From the IMG/VR virus record IMGVR_UViG_3300047325_000150: 64,000 bases of DNA; one strand, written 5' to 3'. The DNA is from a virus. Of this stretch, positions 1 to 10,021 are shown piece after piece. The translations under genes and the position numbers were made by a program. Below the pieces are notes generated by a model that was given only the letters and a program-made list of their open reading frames with translations, ran no database searches and was not told the DNA's origin. Each line of letters begins with the position of its first letter. The first letter of the stretch is position 1.

Positions 1-213
1 TTTTTCAAAATTTAAAAGTTTTGCCATTAGGTTCAGTCGAACCCTTACAGCAATCTGCTCAAATTCAGCTGCTAGACCAATTAAAAGATCGGGTTTCAGA
101 GCTTGATGCAGAAATAAGTTTTGAAAAAATGGCAGACCGTTGATTATGAAAGATAGCAAGAATAAATTCGTTCGATTGGTTGACAATTTATAAAGATTTT
201 TCATACTTAGTGT

Positions 214-2349
214 ATGACTGAATATGATGATAGCCCAGACGAAGAATATTATGATGACGATGTAGGCGGGAATTATGTCCCAGATACAGATATCTTTGTA
301 TTTAAGATATTTGCTAATATGCTCAAATATAATAACAATGGTTACGGGGATGGAGCTATTGCAGAGTGCATATTAGATTACCCCGGATTTTCCGGTAAAT
401 CTGTTTTAGATAAAATCTATAATACAAAAAAATCATACGAGTCTTCTCGTAAGGATAGCGGAGAAAGACGCACTCATTTATTTTTTAGTGATTACATTAA
501 AAGACAAAACATTGTTGAATTTAGAAAAGAAATATTAGAATTGCATGGTGGTCTTGACCAACCATGGCCAATTTCTCAAAATGCAAAGGTATTATCTGGG
601 TTACTCGATCTTAACGAAACCGAAGAACTGCTGTTATGCTTGGGTATGAAGCTAAGCGATAGAGATTCGTCATATCAATTACGCGAAGTATTTTCTGCAT
701 TTACTGCTACAAACGAAAACAAAGAATTGAATGTTTTATATTCAAAAATGTTCGATCTTGGTACAATCGATATAGAAAATGCACTCGAGGGCTTTTTAGT
801 AAAAAGCAAGATATTATCTCTAGATGGCAGAGTTAAAGGCCTTTATTGCATCAATCCGGAATTCACAAAGATTTTCGTAAATGCAAAACTTACAAACGAA
901 AATATAGCGGATGTATTATTTCCTAGTAATTTAAGATCAAATCTGACAATACAAAATTATTCTCATATTGAAAAAGAAATAAAAATAACCGAAAGTATTA
1001 TAAATCAAGGTTTAATTTCAAAAGATAGAGGTACGAATATCATGTTCTGGGGGTTACCCGGAACTGGTAAAACCGAACTCGCATTGGTTCTGGCAAAAAA
1101 GAATGGTTGGAATTTAAGAGTCATAGGTGATATCTCAGACGGCGACGATAACGAGAAATCCAGAACACAACGCCTTGCTAGTTTAAAAATAGCAATGAAG
1201 CTATATGCAACTGATCTAAATACCGTATTATTGTTTGACGAAATGGAAGATATTTTTAGAAGCGATAAAGGGGGAGCCAGCGACGAATCATATAGTAAGG
1301 CCTTCATTAATCGAATTATAGAAACATCTAAAATACCAATAATTTGGACAACAAACGATTTAGTTAAGCTCGGGTCAGCAACACTTCGTCGTATGGTATA
1401 TAATATAAGTTTTCAGATTCCTCCTGCTCGTGCAAGAAAGAAGATATGGGACAATTATCTAAATCAATATAATCTAGTAATTGATGAAGAGATTGTTGAG
1501 AATTTTGCACTTAATTACGATATGGTTCCGTCACTTATTAATAATGCAGTAAAGATTACTGCACTTACGAAATGTGACACTAATCATATACCCGAGCTAT
1601 TAACTAAACTAGATACATTGGTTAACTACGGCGAAGAAAGAACCTTTGGCGGACATAAACCATCTCTCACTCCATATGATGCATCGTGTGCAAATACTGA
1701 CTTAGATTTGAATGATCTTACCAGCAAACTAATTGATGCAAATCCAAATTTTAGTCTTTGCTTGTACGGTCCTCCTGGTACAGGTAAAAGCGAGTTTGGT
1801 CGACATTTAGCTAAGAAACTAGGTAAAAAAGTTTTGTTTAAGAGGGCTAGCGATCTTGTATCTATGTGGTTGGGTGAAACAGAAAAGAATATTGCTGCTG
1901 CATTTAAAGAGTCTAGCGAAGAAGAAATGGTATTCGTAATCGATGAAGGAGATAGTTTTCTTCGTAGCAGAGAAGGTGCCGAACGTAGCTGGGAAGTAAG
2001 CCAAGTTAATGAAATGCTCAGCCAAATGGAAAAACACGACCAGCCGTTCATTATTACTACTAATATGATTGCTAATTTAGATAGCGCGGCATTACGTAGA
2101 TTTACATTCAAACTTGAATTCAAATTTATGCGTCCTGATCAAGTAGCCAAATTATTTAAAAGTTATTTTGGAGGAGATGCGCCATCATGGTTAATGAAGA
2201 ATGATATTCTCGCACCCGGTGATTTCGCAAACGTAAAACGCAAAGCTACTATTTTAAAAATTACTGATTTAAATGAAATAGCTAAAATGGTCGATGAAGA
2301 ATGTCATCTTAAGCCACAGAAAACTAAATCAATTGGGTTCACGAAATGA
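214..2349 (+). CDS. tandem AAA+ ATPase (two P-loop modules) with an acidic N-terminal domain of unknown function
   Basis: Two Walker A boxes (GLPGTGKTE and GPPGTGKSE). Two Walker B boxes (LLFDEMED, VFVIDEGD). The second module has an SRH-like AALRRF. The stop overlaps the next start (ATGA). Confidence 0.7.
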   Translation: MTEYDDSPDEEYYDDDVGGNYVPDTDIFVFKIFANMLKYNNNGYGDGAIAECILDYPGFSGKSVLDKIYNTKKSYESSRKDSGERRTHLFFSDYIKRQNIVEFRKEILELHGGLDQPWPISQNAKVLSGLLDLNETEELLLCLGMKLSDRDSSYQLREVFSAFTATNENKELNVLYSKMFDLGTIDIENALEGFLVKSKILSLDGRVKGLYCINPEFTKIFVNAKLTNENIADVLFPSNLRSNLTIQNYSHIEKEIKITESIINQGLISKDRGTNIMFWGLPGTGKTELALVLAKKNGWNLRVIGDISDGDDNEKSRTQRLASLKIAMKLYATDLNTVLLFDEMEDIFRSDKGGASDESYSKAFINRIIETSKIPIIWTTNDLVKLGSATLRRMVYNISFQIPPARARKKIWDNYLNQYNLVIDEEIVENFALNYDMVPSLINNAVKITALTKCDTNHIPELLTKLDTLVNYGEERTFGGHKPSLTPYDASCANTDLDLNDLTSKLIDANPNFSLCLYGPPGTGKSEFGRHLAKKLGKKVLFKRASDLVSMWLGETEKNIAAAFKESSEEEMVFVIDEGDSFLRSREGAERSWEVSQVNEMLSQMEKHDQPFIITTNMIANLDSAALRRFTFKLEFKFMRPDQVAKLFKSYFGGDAPSWLMKNDILAPGDFANVKRKATILKITDLNEIAKMVDEECHLKPQKTKSIGFTK

Positions 2350-2912
2350 ATAAAAGGTACTATGTTGTATCGGACCTACACCTTCATCACGAACGTCTTT
2401 GCACCTTCACTTTTAAAGATTCTGATAGACTAATAAGACGTCATCCGTTTACGGATTCTGGATTTACTGACATAGAAGATCATGATCAATTTATCATTCA
2501 ACAATGGAATGATACAGTTTCTGCAGGAGATACCGTCTACGTCTTAGGGGATGTGGTTATAAATCGTAAAGGTTTGTACAAACTTGATTTGTTGAATGGT
2601 CGCAAAATTCTTGTACCAGGCAATCATGATATATTTCATATAGATGATTATAGAAATCATTTTGCAGATGTTCGCGGATATATCGTTAGAAACGAAGTTA
2701 TATTTTCGCATATTCCTGTTTATTCCGGGCAATTAGAACACAGATTTAAGCTAAATTGTCATGGTCATACCCACCAGAATTTAGTCATGATGAAGAAAAA
2801 CGGAGCAGATATATCTGATCCCAGATATATGAATGTGTGCTATGAACAACTGAAAGATTATAAACCAATAAGCATTGATGAAGTTTATGCGTATAGAGAT
2901 AGAGTAAGGTAG
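2346..2912 (+). CDS. calcineurin-like metallophosphoesterase
   Basis: Motifs VSDLHLH, LGDVV, GNHD and GHTH in canonical order. Translationally coupled to the upstream AAA gene. Confidence 0.8.
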   Translation: MNKRYYVVSDLHLHHERLCTFTFKDSDRLIRRHPFTDSGFTDIEDHDQFIIQQWNDTVSAGDTVYVLGDVVINRKGLYKLDLLNGRKILVPGNHDIFHIDDYRNHFADVRGYIVRNEVIFSHIPVYSGQLEHRFKLNCHGHTHQNLVMMKKNGADISDPRYMNVCYEQLKDYKPISIDEVYAYRDRVR

Positions 2913-2925
2913 AATAAATATATGC

Positions 2926-3531
2926 ATGAAATTAAATGAGCTAAATTCATCTCTGTTATCACCAATAAAAACTGCAACGAAAGATAAGTTGCCAAACAAT
3001 GTTGCTATAGATTCAATAAAAGGAACTTATAGTAGATTATTAACCGATAATGGATGGAAAAGAGTAAGCAGCGGTTTATATGCAAATATATATTCAATTG
3101 ACGGTTACCAATGGTATTTAAAGATATTTGAATCTCGGGATGTATGCTATAAATCATTCGTTGAATTCGTAAAAGAAAATCCTAATAAACACTTTCCTAA
3201 ATTTAGAGGTAGTATTGTTCAATTAAACAATAAATTTTCAGCTATTAGAGTAGAGCCTCTTCAATTATTAGATGGAAAAGAAGCTAACAATTATTACAAA
3301 TATGGATTACTGTTAAATAATTTCGAAGGAGATTTTACTGGTGTAAATCCAATTATTAATGGTATGCCAGTAAAGAAATTTGAAAAAGAACATGCATCGA
3401 TATGTGATGCAATTAAACTATTGCATTTTAACTTTGCTACAACTAAATGTCATTATGATATGCATATGGATAATATAATGAGTCGAAATGGTGTTCCGGT
3501 TATAATTGATCCATATAGTACAGGTACGTAA
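2926..3531 (+). CDS. small protein-kinase-like fold protein (APH/atypical kinase-like)
   Basis: Gly-rich start and WYLKIF (beta3 Lys). Catalytic-loop-like HYDMHMDNIM followed by IIDP. Confidence 0.4.
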   Translation: MKLNELNSSLLSPIKTATKDKLPNNVAIDSIKGTYSRLLTDNGWKRVSSGLYANIYSIDGYQWYLKIFESRDVCYKSFVEFVKENPNKHFPKFRGSIVQLNNKFSAIRVEPLQLLDGKEANNYYKYGLLLNNFEGDFTGVNPIINGMPVKKFEKEHASICDAIKLLHFNFATTKCHYDMHMDNIMSRNGVPVIIDPYSTGT

Positions 3532-3897
3532 ACTGTCGACCACTAACTGCATGGACAACCATTCTTGTATTATATTCAAAAAATATATTATAAGATTGAT
3601 ATGCTATTTTGGTTGCTAATTTTGTGAAAACGAGTGATAGATGGCTAGTGTTACGGTAGTTGTTACCAAAATTAAACATACAAGATTGGTTGAATTCTAA
3701 TTCAGAAAGTTGGTTTTATATCGATAATCTGGCTCCTCCTGCTAACGCACCTAGAAGCAGATTTGATTATGAAATTGCAATTTAGATTATCGTGGGTTTA
3801 ACGCCTGTGGAAATACCTCTAGCGGGGATGATGTCATGACGTCGTCTAGTTATGTATTGATGAAGCAGGAAGCCGCTTGAGCTTGCTCAGCGGTAGT

Positions 3898-4599
3898 TCA
3901 CTTGTAAAGTGATTTAATTTTATCTAAAATTAATATAATTTTTTCTTTAAAATCTTCATCTTTACGAAAATCAGTTCCATTAAATTCTATCGGAACTGGT
4001 TTTTCTGCAAAAGATCTTCCATCAGAATATATAAGATTTAATGTATTTGAGTTTTGTTCGATTGCAAATATGGCTCTGGTTTTATGTAATTTGCCGCCGT
4101 TGGTATTATATACCAGCATTGCTTGTGCCATTTCGCTATATATTTTTGGCGAACCATATACCTTAATTTCGCCCTGAAAAGTATTATCTCCAAACGCTTC
4201 TAATGTGTAAATAACATCAGATTTACCACTCAGTTCCCACATATATTTTTTAATATAATTTGGATCTCGATATGTATTAATTTGAATAATATTTTTAAAT
4301 GAATTTTTATCTGGCTGCCAGTCAGGCACAGTTGGGTTAGACCGTGTAACTGGTTCGGGTGTCAGTGGATCAATTTTATGATATTTAGATTTATCTGTTT
4401 TTAATATATCATATGAACGATTTAGTAATGCAAGGGCTTGATCTGTTGCTTTGCCATAATTATGCAAATCTACTATTTTCTTTTTCCATAATTTTTTTAA
4501 TTCTTCTGGCGTTAGTCGATTGAATTCGCCTGCACTGATTCCAAAATCTCTAAGTGCATCTAAAACACTATAATCGTCCGTTAATTCGTATAGTTTCAA
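3898..4599 (-). CDS. hypothetical protein
   Basis: Long ORF with coding-like composition and no recognisable motif. Confidence 0.4.
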   Translation of the reverse strand: MKLYELTDDYSVLDALRDFGISAGEFNRLTPEELKKLWKKKIVDLHNYGKATDQALALLNRSYDILKTDKSKYHKIDPLTPEPVTRSNPTVPDWQPDKNSFKNIIQINTYRDPNYIKKYMWELSGKSDVIYTLEAFGDNTFQGEIKVYGSPKIYSEMAQAMLVYNTNGGKLHKTRAIFAIEQNSNTLNLIYSDGRSFAEKPVPIEFNGTDFRKDEDFKEKIILILDKIKSLYK

Positions 4600-4654
4600 G
4601 TGATTACCCTATATCTATGTATATTATTTAGTAAAAATTTTTCATAAATAACGG

Positions 4655-4915
4655 ATGGATACATTCGATTCTTTTTTATATAATTTAGAATCAATGATTG
4701 ATAATTTGCACAACATGAGTAAAGATACCAGATATAAAGCAAGAATACAACAGGTAATTTACGATCTTGATGAAGTTTATGCAGATATTTCCGAAGATAT
4801 TGATTTTATTCGAGCGGGTGTATTAGATAAATTTACCGATGCTCATATACAGACCTACAATATATTTGAATCTAAAATAAAACTACTTTTGACTCAGTGG
4901 GAAAAAGATCACTGA
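4655..4915 (+). CDS. hypothetical small protein
   Basis: ORF with upstream AT-rich leader. Confidence 0.3.
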   Translation: MDTFDSFLYNLESMIDNLHNMSKDTRYKARIQQVIYDLDEVYADISEDIDFIRAGVLDKFTDAHIQTYNIFESKIKLLLTQWEKDH

Positions 4916-5931
4916 ACTCTATCAATAAATATTGGAGAGTTAATAACTTCTACTTCAACAATTTTTATTGTTTCACTTCCATCTGTATTAATACGGTCTA
5001 ATTTTATAGTAACAAATTGTCCTACAGTTAATGATTCTTCAAAATTTGTCCATTCTGCAATAGATGAAAACGTTCTACCATTTGCAGAAATTAATTCATC
5101 ATATGGGTTTATAGCTTTGGCAGGACCGGTTGGATCAGGTGACATAACAGCTTCGTTGTTTATAAAAGATAAGGCAATACCTATATAAGGATGTACAATT
5201 TTTTTACCAGATAGCAAATTATCAACAGTTTGTTTTACTATATCACTTTGAATGGCAAAATTTAATCCTATACTACCGTTGCCTCCGTTTGTATTAATAA
5301 AATCGCTCATGCCAACGATGCGACCATTTGCATTAATGACATCGCCTCCACTATTACCTTCATTTATACTTGCATCGGTTTGAATATATCTGGAAAACGG
5401 ATTAATGGTTTGAAAAATTCTCGAAGTATAACTCACAATCCCCTGTGTAATAGTATCAGTTATACCAACAGGATTACCTATAGCCCAGACGGTTTCGCCT
5501 ACTTGCTGTTCGTTACTATTTGCCCAATTTAAATATGTAGGTTTAAATAATGCAATATTTTGTTGATCTGCATTATTAACTTTAATTATTGCAATATCTA
5601 ATACAGGATCATATGCATAAACGCTACATTGAAGAGCTTTTGCAATACCATCTCTTGTAACAAATACTGCTTTTGAATTTTCTACTACATGATAAGCAGT
5701 AACAATATATCCATCTTTATACCAAATGCCAGTACCTAAACCTTCTTCGGTATCTGAAATACTTCGTACTGTTATCGTTGAATCTAATAATTTTGTATAA
5801 TTTTGAGTTAAGTAACTTTCAGTTACTGGTTTTATTGGGGGATTTAAATAATTATATAATCTGTAGCAGGCTACATTGTTTAAAACAAGTAATAAAAGAA
5901 AACCAAGGCTGAGTAATGCATATTTTCTCAT
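4909..5931 (-). CDS. secreted trypsin-like (S1/HtrA-type) serine protease
   Basis: N-terminal signal/TM segment. Catalytic triad contexts TAYHVV (His), DIAIIKV (Asp) and GNSGGDV (Ser). Confidence 0.8.
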   Translation of the reverse strand: MRKYALLSLGFLLLLVLNNVACYRLYNYLNPPIKPVTESYLTQNYTKLLDSTITVRSISDTEEGLGTGIWYKDGYIVTAYHVVENSKAVFVTRDGIAKALQCSVYAYDPVLDIAIIKVNNADQQNIALFKPTYLNWANSNEQQVGETVWAIGNPVGITDTITQGIVSYTSRIFQTINPFSRYIQTDASINEGNSGGDVINANGRIVGMSDFINTNGGNGSIGLNFAIQSDIVKQTVDNLLSGKKIVHPYIGIALSFINNEAVMSPDPTGPAKAINPYDELISANGRTFSSIAEWTNFEESLTVGQFVTIKLDRINTDGSETIKIVEVEVINSPIFIDRVQ

Positions 5932-6016
5932 TGAGATTCCTAAATTAAGTGCTTACTTTATTTATTGAATTATCTACCTATTTATATAATAAATAAATCA
6001 TCAAGGAATTTTATTA

Positions 6017-6805
6017 ATGAAGTTATTTCTAAATCAAGATTATAAAATAGATTTTAAGAACATTTTTTTCGTATATTTGGTATATTTATTGGGTGTTGTA
6101 TCTACTCTATTTTTTTCGTGGCAATTTGGATTTATAAACATTGCTTTTCATTATGATGAATCGTATTTTACATTGTTAATTTCTGCATTGTATGGTATTT
6201 TTGAAACTGTGTGCGGAATTAAAATATACCAATTAAGCAAAACTATTATTAAAGCAAAAAAACATCTGTGGTTGATGAGACAAATGAAAAACTTGACAGT
6301 ATTTCAACGAAACGATGTAGTATTTTACGGAGATGGTCATCAATTAGAATATGAAATTGAGGATGGTTATTTGCGTAAACATATTCTAGATTTACTTAAT
6401 AAAAAAGCCGCATCTGGTAAGAAAATTACTAACAAGACATTATTGTCAACCGTTTCATCTACAGTGGTAGAAAAGCATAATATTGCATATACATTTACCG
6501 AAGTTTTGATCTGGCTAGGATTGATTGGTACAATTTTAGGCATAATTCTTACTTTCTATCCGTTTATAACGGGTACAGTGATTATTGATGCAAATAATGC
6601 GCAGCATACTCTTGCAATAATATTTAAGGGTGTAGGAAGTGCGTTTTTTCCAAGCATAGTTGCTGCAATTTATAGTTTATTTTTGAAAGTAAGTGATTTT
6701 ATATTAATTAAAGGCAGTAATGAATTAGTTACTTTGATAAGCGATGGAAGTGATATCACAATATCACCAACAATAAACAATCCGGGTGTTCGTAAAAATT
6801 TATGA
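6017..6805 (+). CDS. MotA/TolQ/ExbB-like multi-pass membrane protein
   Basis: Several TM helices. LIWLGLIGTILGII resembles the conserved LGLLGTVxGI of TolQ/ExbB. Confidence 0.45.
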   Translation: MKLFLNQDYKIDFKNIFFVYLVYLLGVVSTLFFSWQFGFINIAFHYDESYFTLLISALYGIFETVCGIKIYQLSKTIIKAKKHLWLMRQMKNLTVFQRNDVVFYGDGHQLEYEIEDGYLRKHILDLLNKKAASGKKITNKTLLSTVSSTVVEKHNIAYTFTEVLIWLGLIGTILGIILTFYPFITGTVIIDANNAQHTLAIIFKGVGSAFFPSIVAAIYSLFLKVSDFILIKGSNELVTLISDGSDITISPTINNPGVRKNL

Positions 6806-7464
6806 GACAACGAGAGAAACATTCAACTTTAGCCTATTTAAATTTTGCTTTCATTTGGGGCAAAAGTTTATTGGCTATTTTAGTTGTAATGTTTGCGTTT
6901 ATTGCTGTAAAAAATATAAGTCCGATAAAACCTAATGCACAAATAGAAATTATACTAACTTGGGATGATAATAGTAAAAACGATATAGATCTTTGGGTAA
7001 ATCCTCCAGATAACAAACCAGTCTATTATGGCAATAGAGAATCAGAAGGCGGACTAGTATCATTAGATAGAGATGATTTGGGAATCAATGACCAAACAAT
7101 TTTAAATGGTAATATAATTGATGCTACAGCGCGGGACGAAATTGTAAGTATTCGCGGTCCAGTCACCGGACACTACTCAGTTGTAGCTAATTTATATACA
7201 TACCGACAAGAATCTGGTTTACAAGTTGGCGATACATTACCTATTCCAATACATGTTAAAATACAAATTGTTCAACTTACCCCTTGTAACGGAATTGTTT
7301 ATACTGCAACAAATATAATTACTTTAAATAATCAAGAATTATTTTTAGTAAATTTTGATTTAAATTCAGTTGGCACAATTACCAATATAGATAATCAGCA
7401 TCCATTTAGTGTAATGAGTTTAGCAGCAAGTACAAGTACTTTTGTATCGGATGAATTGCAATGA
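6802..7464 (+). CDS. single-pass membrane-anchored protein with a 190-aa extracytoplasmic domain
   Basis: N-terminal TM helix, then a soluble domain. Start overlaps the previous stop (ATGA). Confidence 0.4.
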   Translation: MRQREKHSTLAYLNFAFIWGKSLLAILVVMFAFIAVKNISPIKPNAQIEIILTWDDNSKNDIDLWVNPPDNKPVYYGNRESEGGLVSLDRDDLGINDQTILNGNIIDATARDEIVSIRGPVTGHYSVVANLYTYRQESGLQVGDTLPIPIHVKIQIVQLTPCNGIVYTATNIITLNNQELFLVNFDLNSVGTITNIDNQHPFSVMSLAASTSTFVSDELQ

Positions 7465-7994
7465 TAATATTAATGTTTGCGGTTTTTGTACTTATGGTTC
7501 TTATTATAAGTTGTGTAATATATAGTTCTCCAGTCAAAAATTACATCAAATATCTATCTCTTATTCTTATGTTTGCAGTATTGTTTTCAAATTGGTATTA
7601 CGATCAAAGTATTGCAGGATATGCAACACCGCAAATATTACCGACACAATTTCAATTAATTTGGGGTCAAGAAAATCAACATACTTCTATCGAGCTATGG
7701 CTTTATGCAAAACAAGGAAATTCATTTTCAACCCAATCTAGATTATACACCATGCCATGGAGTATGAAAATGGCACAAACATTATCTTCTGCAAAAAAAT
7801 CATTGGCTGATGGTATTCCGGTATTCATGGGTAAACCAAACCAAGGTAAATCCGGTAAAAAATCTTCCGGGGGCATGTTTGGAAAATTTAAAGGTAAAGT
7901 AGTTTCTGCAATTTCTCAAATATACAATGGTATGAATAGTTCTGGAGATGAACTGCAAATAATTAAGAATCCCATAGACGAACCAACAAAATAA
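7461..7994 (+). CDS. membrane protein with a Lys/Gly-rich C-terminal tail
   Basis: Two N-terminal TM helices. Overlapping start with the upstream gene. Confidence 0.4.
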   Translation: MIILMFAVFVLMVLIISCVIYSSPVKNYIKYLSLILMFAVLFSNWYYDQSIAGYATPQILPTQFQLIWGQENQHTSIELWLYAKQGNSFSTQSRLYTMPWSMKMAQTLSSAKKSLADGIPVFMGKPNQGKSGKKSSGGMFGKFKGKVVSAISQIYNGMNSSGDELQIIKNPIDEPTK

Positions 7995-8357
7995 TTTAGC
8001 TTATAGCATCTAAACCAATGAGGGGTTGGCCTAATGCGCCGTAATATTTCCCCTTAAATTGCCCAACGCCATCCGCCCGGCTCGTATACCTGTAAATGAA
8101 CCATACATATAGTCTCATTTGGATGAGATTGTCGCAAACAATTAACGGCTGCATATGTAGATGCAGACATTACCTCAATCCAACTATTTTGTAAACGGCT
8201 CCTGAATCTAAATTTTTTCATAATCTTAGTCCAAAGTGTTACAACTTGTGGTATTATAGCATCAATATTTTATGGTGCAAGTTGTATTTTGTATGATTTT
8301 TGGTTGACAAATCGTCTATATATGCTACATTTATGGTAAGATATAGGAGAAACCACG

Positions 8358-8636
8358 ATGCGTTTTGTGATTTATAATACAAACACAGGCAAGAGCAAAG
8401 AGCGATTTACAACCGAAAGAGGTGCCAAAATTGCCCTTGCTGCCCTGCGCCGCAAAGAGGCAAAACGTCCCGAAAAACAGCAAATTGTTTATGCTATTAT
8501 GCCTGAGGATCGTTATGAATCCGAAGTTAATATTATGGTTGAACGTATTAACTTTATGACTGGGAAGCCGTTCATGGAAAAGCTTGATACGTTATATACT
8601 GCAAGCCCGTGCTCAGAAACGTATTGGTCTTCATAA
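8358..8636 (+). CDS. hypothetical protein
   Basis: RBS AGGAGA 8 nt upstream of the ATG. Downstream of a TTGGTTGACA promoter box at 8300-8309. Confidence 0.45.
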   Translation: MRFVIYNTNTGKSKERFTTERGAKIALAALRRKEAKRPEKQQIVYAIMPEDRYESEVNIMVERINFMTGKPFMEKLDTLYTASPCSETYWSS

Positions 8637-8901
8637 AAAATGATAAAAATGCATTTGACATGCTGGTCAAGGGGGTTATATTTCATCACTAATTATGTTC
8701 CGAGGATGGCCTTGGAATCACCTACAAATGAGTATTCTTTCGATTTGAAAGGAGATTCAAACAGTGATTTCGTATGAGGCATTGAAGGAAGCTAGGGAAT
8801 CCACGATATGAGCGCTAAGAAAGAAACTTTTCGCATTAAATCACGAAATGGCATCACGCAAGCGCCGTATTCATCGCGCATAGCAGCACAGAAAGCTGCG
8901 G

Positions 8902-9291
8902 ATGCAGCTAATGCTCAGGCACCAGAACAAGGATGGCACGTGGTGCCTGAGTCTCACTTTGTCAGGGAATCAAACCCATGACCCTACGACGGTCCCGGCT
9001 GGCGCTTGTGGCAGCGTTATCTCTATTGGAGATTTGCAAAATGAGCACCATGCCTTGGGCCTTTTACGTGCAAAACAAAAAGGAAAACATTATATGACTA
9101 CCAAACAAGAAAAACGCGCCATGGCGCGCAAAGCTGAGCGTATGATTAGGCTTGCATATCAGTTAGAACATGAAGCATCCGGTATGCGACAAATAACAGA
9201 TAAATACGCGAGTTGGATCAACAGCATTGCTTCCGATTGCGGTAAATGCGGCCGCTCCATGCTTGATGCGGTAGAGAAAACAGCAGCATGA
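8902..9291 (+). CDS. hypothetical protein in a GC-elevated island
   Basis: ORF inside an approximately 50% GC patch (8640-9950). Cys-containing C-terminus. Alternative start at 9094. Confidence 0.35.
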   Translation: MQLMLRHQNKDGTWCLSLTLSGNQTHDPTTVPAGACGSVISIGDLQNEHHALGLLRAKQKGKHYMTTKQEKRAMARKAERMIRLAYQLEHEASGMRQITDKYASWINSIASDCGKCGRSMLDAVEKTAA

Positions 9292-9926
9292 ACTTTCGAA
9301 AAGTAGGTGCAGTTGCGTTTCCGCAAGCACAAGGCCGTAAAGTCAATATGATGCCTTTTATTATGGGCGATCGTTCCTCAATTCCTGGGGAGTATCATGA
9401 TTATCTCCCGATGATCGAAGCATGTGATGTGCGAGATGAAATTGGAAAGGTTGGTTACCTAACATTTGACGAACAGTTCGTAACCACCGGGACTCATCGT
9501 CGTGGCGGAATCCATACCGAAGGCTGGGGTAATATTGGTTGGGTCGGCGGTTCTTGGGGCGACGGAAGTTTGAATGCCGCAGGCTGGGGTGCGTGGGGAG
9601 GCAATGCTAACGGCGGGCTGTTCATTGCTAATAGTGTTCCGGACAGTTGTGAACTTTATGATGCGAAAATTACCGATACGGTGTTTGGTGGCGCAGTGAG
9701 CGACGAACAAGTGAAAGGTATTTCACCTGTTAGAATGCCGGCAAATACATTGTTTTGGCTGCACGATCGCACTCCCCATGCTTCCCTTCCCGTGAATAAT
9801 ACCGAGCGCCAATTTTTTCGATTGGTTACTAGCGAAGTAAGCGTTTGGTTTGCAAAACATTCGACACTGAATAGATTGGGTGTAGCCCCGTGCTGCAAGA
9901 TCATCGAGATAGATAAATTCCAATAA
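9288..9926 (+). CDS. hypothetical Gly/Trp-rich protein in a GC-elevated island
   Basis: GWGNIGWVGGSWGDG ... GWGAWGGNANGG repeats. ATGA overlap with the upstream ORF. Confidence 0.4.
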   Translation: MNFRKVGAVAFPQAQGRKVNMMPFIMGDRSSIPGEYHDYLPMIEACDVRDEIGKVGYLTFDEQFVTTGTHRRGGIHTEGWGNIGWVGGSWGDGSLNAAGWGAWGGNANGGLFIANSVPDSCELYDAKITDTVFGGAVSDEQVKGISPVRMPANTLFWLHDRTPHASLPVNNTERQFFRLVTSEVSVWFAKHSTLNRLGVAPCCKIIEIDKFQ

Positions 9927-9952
9927 GACAGTAAGATTAAACCGTAAATAGG

Positions 9953-9980
9953 TTTGACATATATCGATCACTGATTATAG
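9953..9980 (+). promoter_or_regulatory. sigma-70-type promoter (TTGACA-16-TATAGT) upstream of the rIIA-like gene
   Basis: -35 TTGACA at 9953-9958 and -10 TATAGT at 9975-9980. Confidence 0.5.
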
Positions 9981-10021
9981 TTAGATAAAGATAACTTTTA
10001 CCAACTATAATCAGGAATCAT

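Noticed and set aside
1005-2123. Antisense ORFs inside the AAA ATPase gene (1005..1307, 1626..2123, 1819..2037) and similar nested minus-strand ORFs elsewhere (for example 9459-9971, 11492-11776, 47470-47919)
   Set aside because: They are fully embedded opposite longer ORFs with clear motifs. This is typical shadow ORFs.
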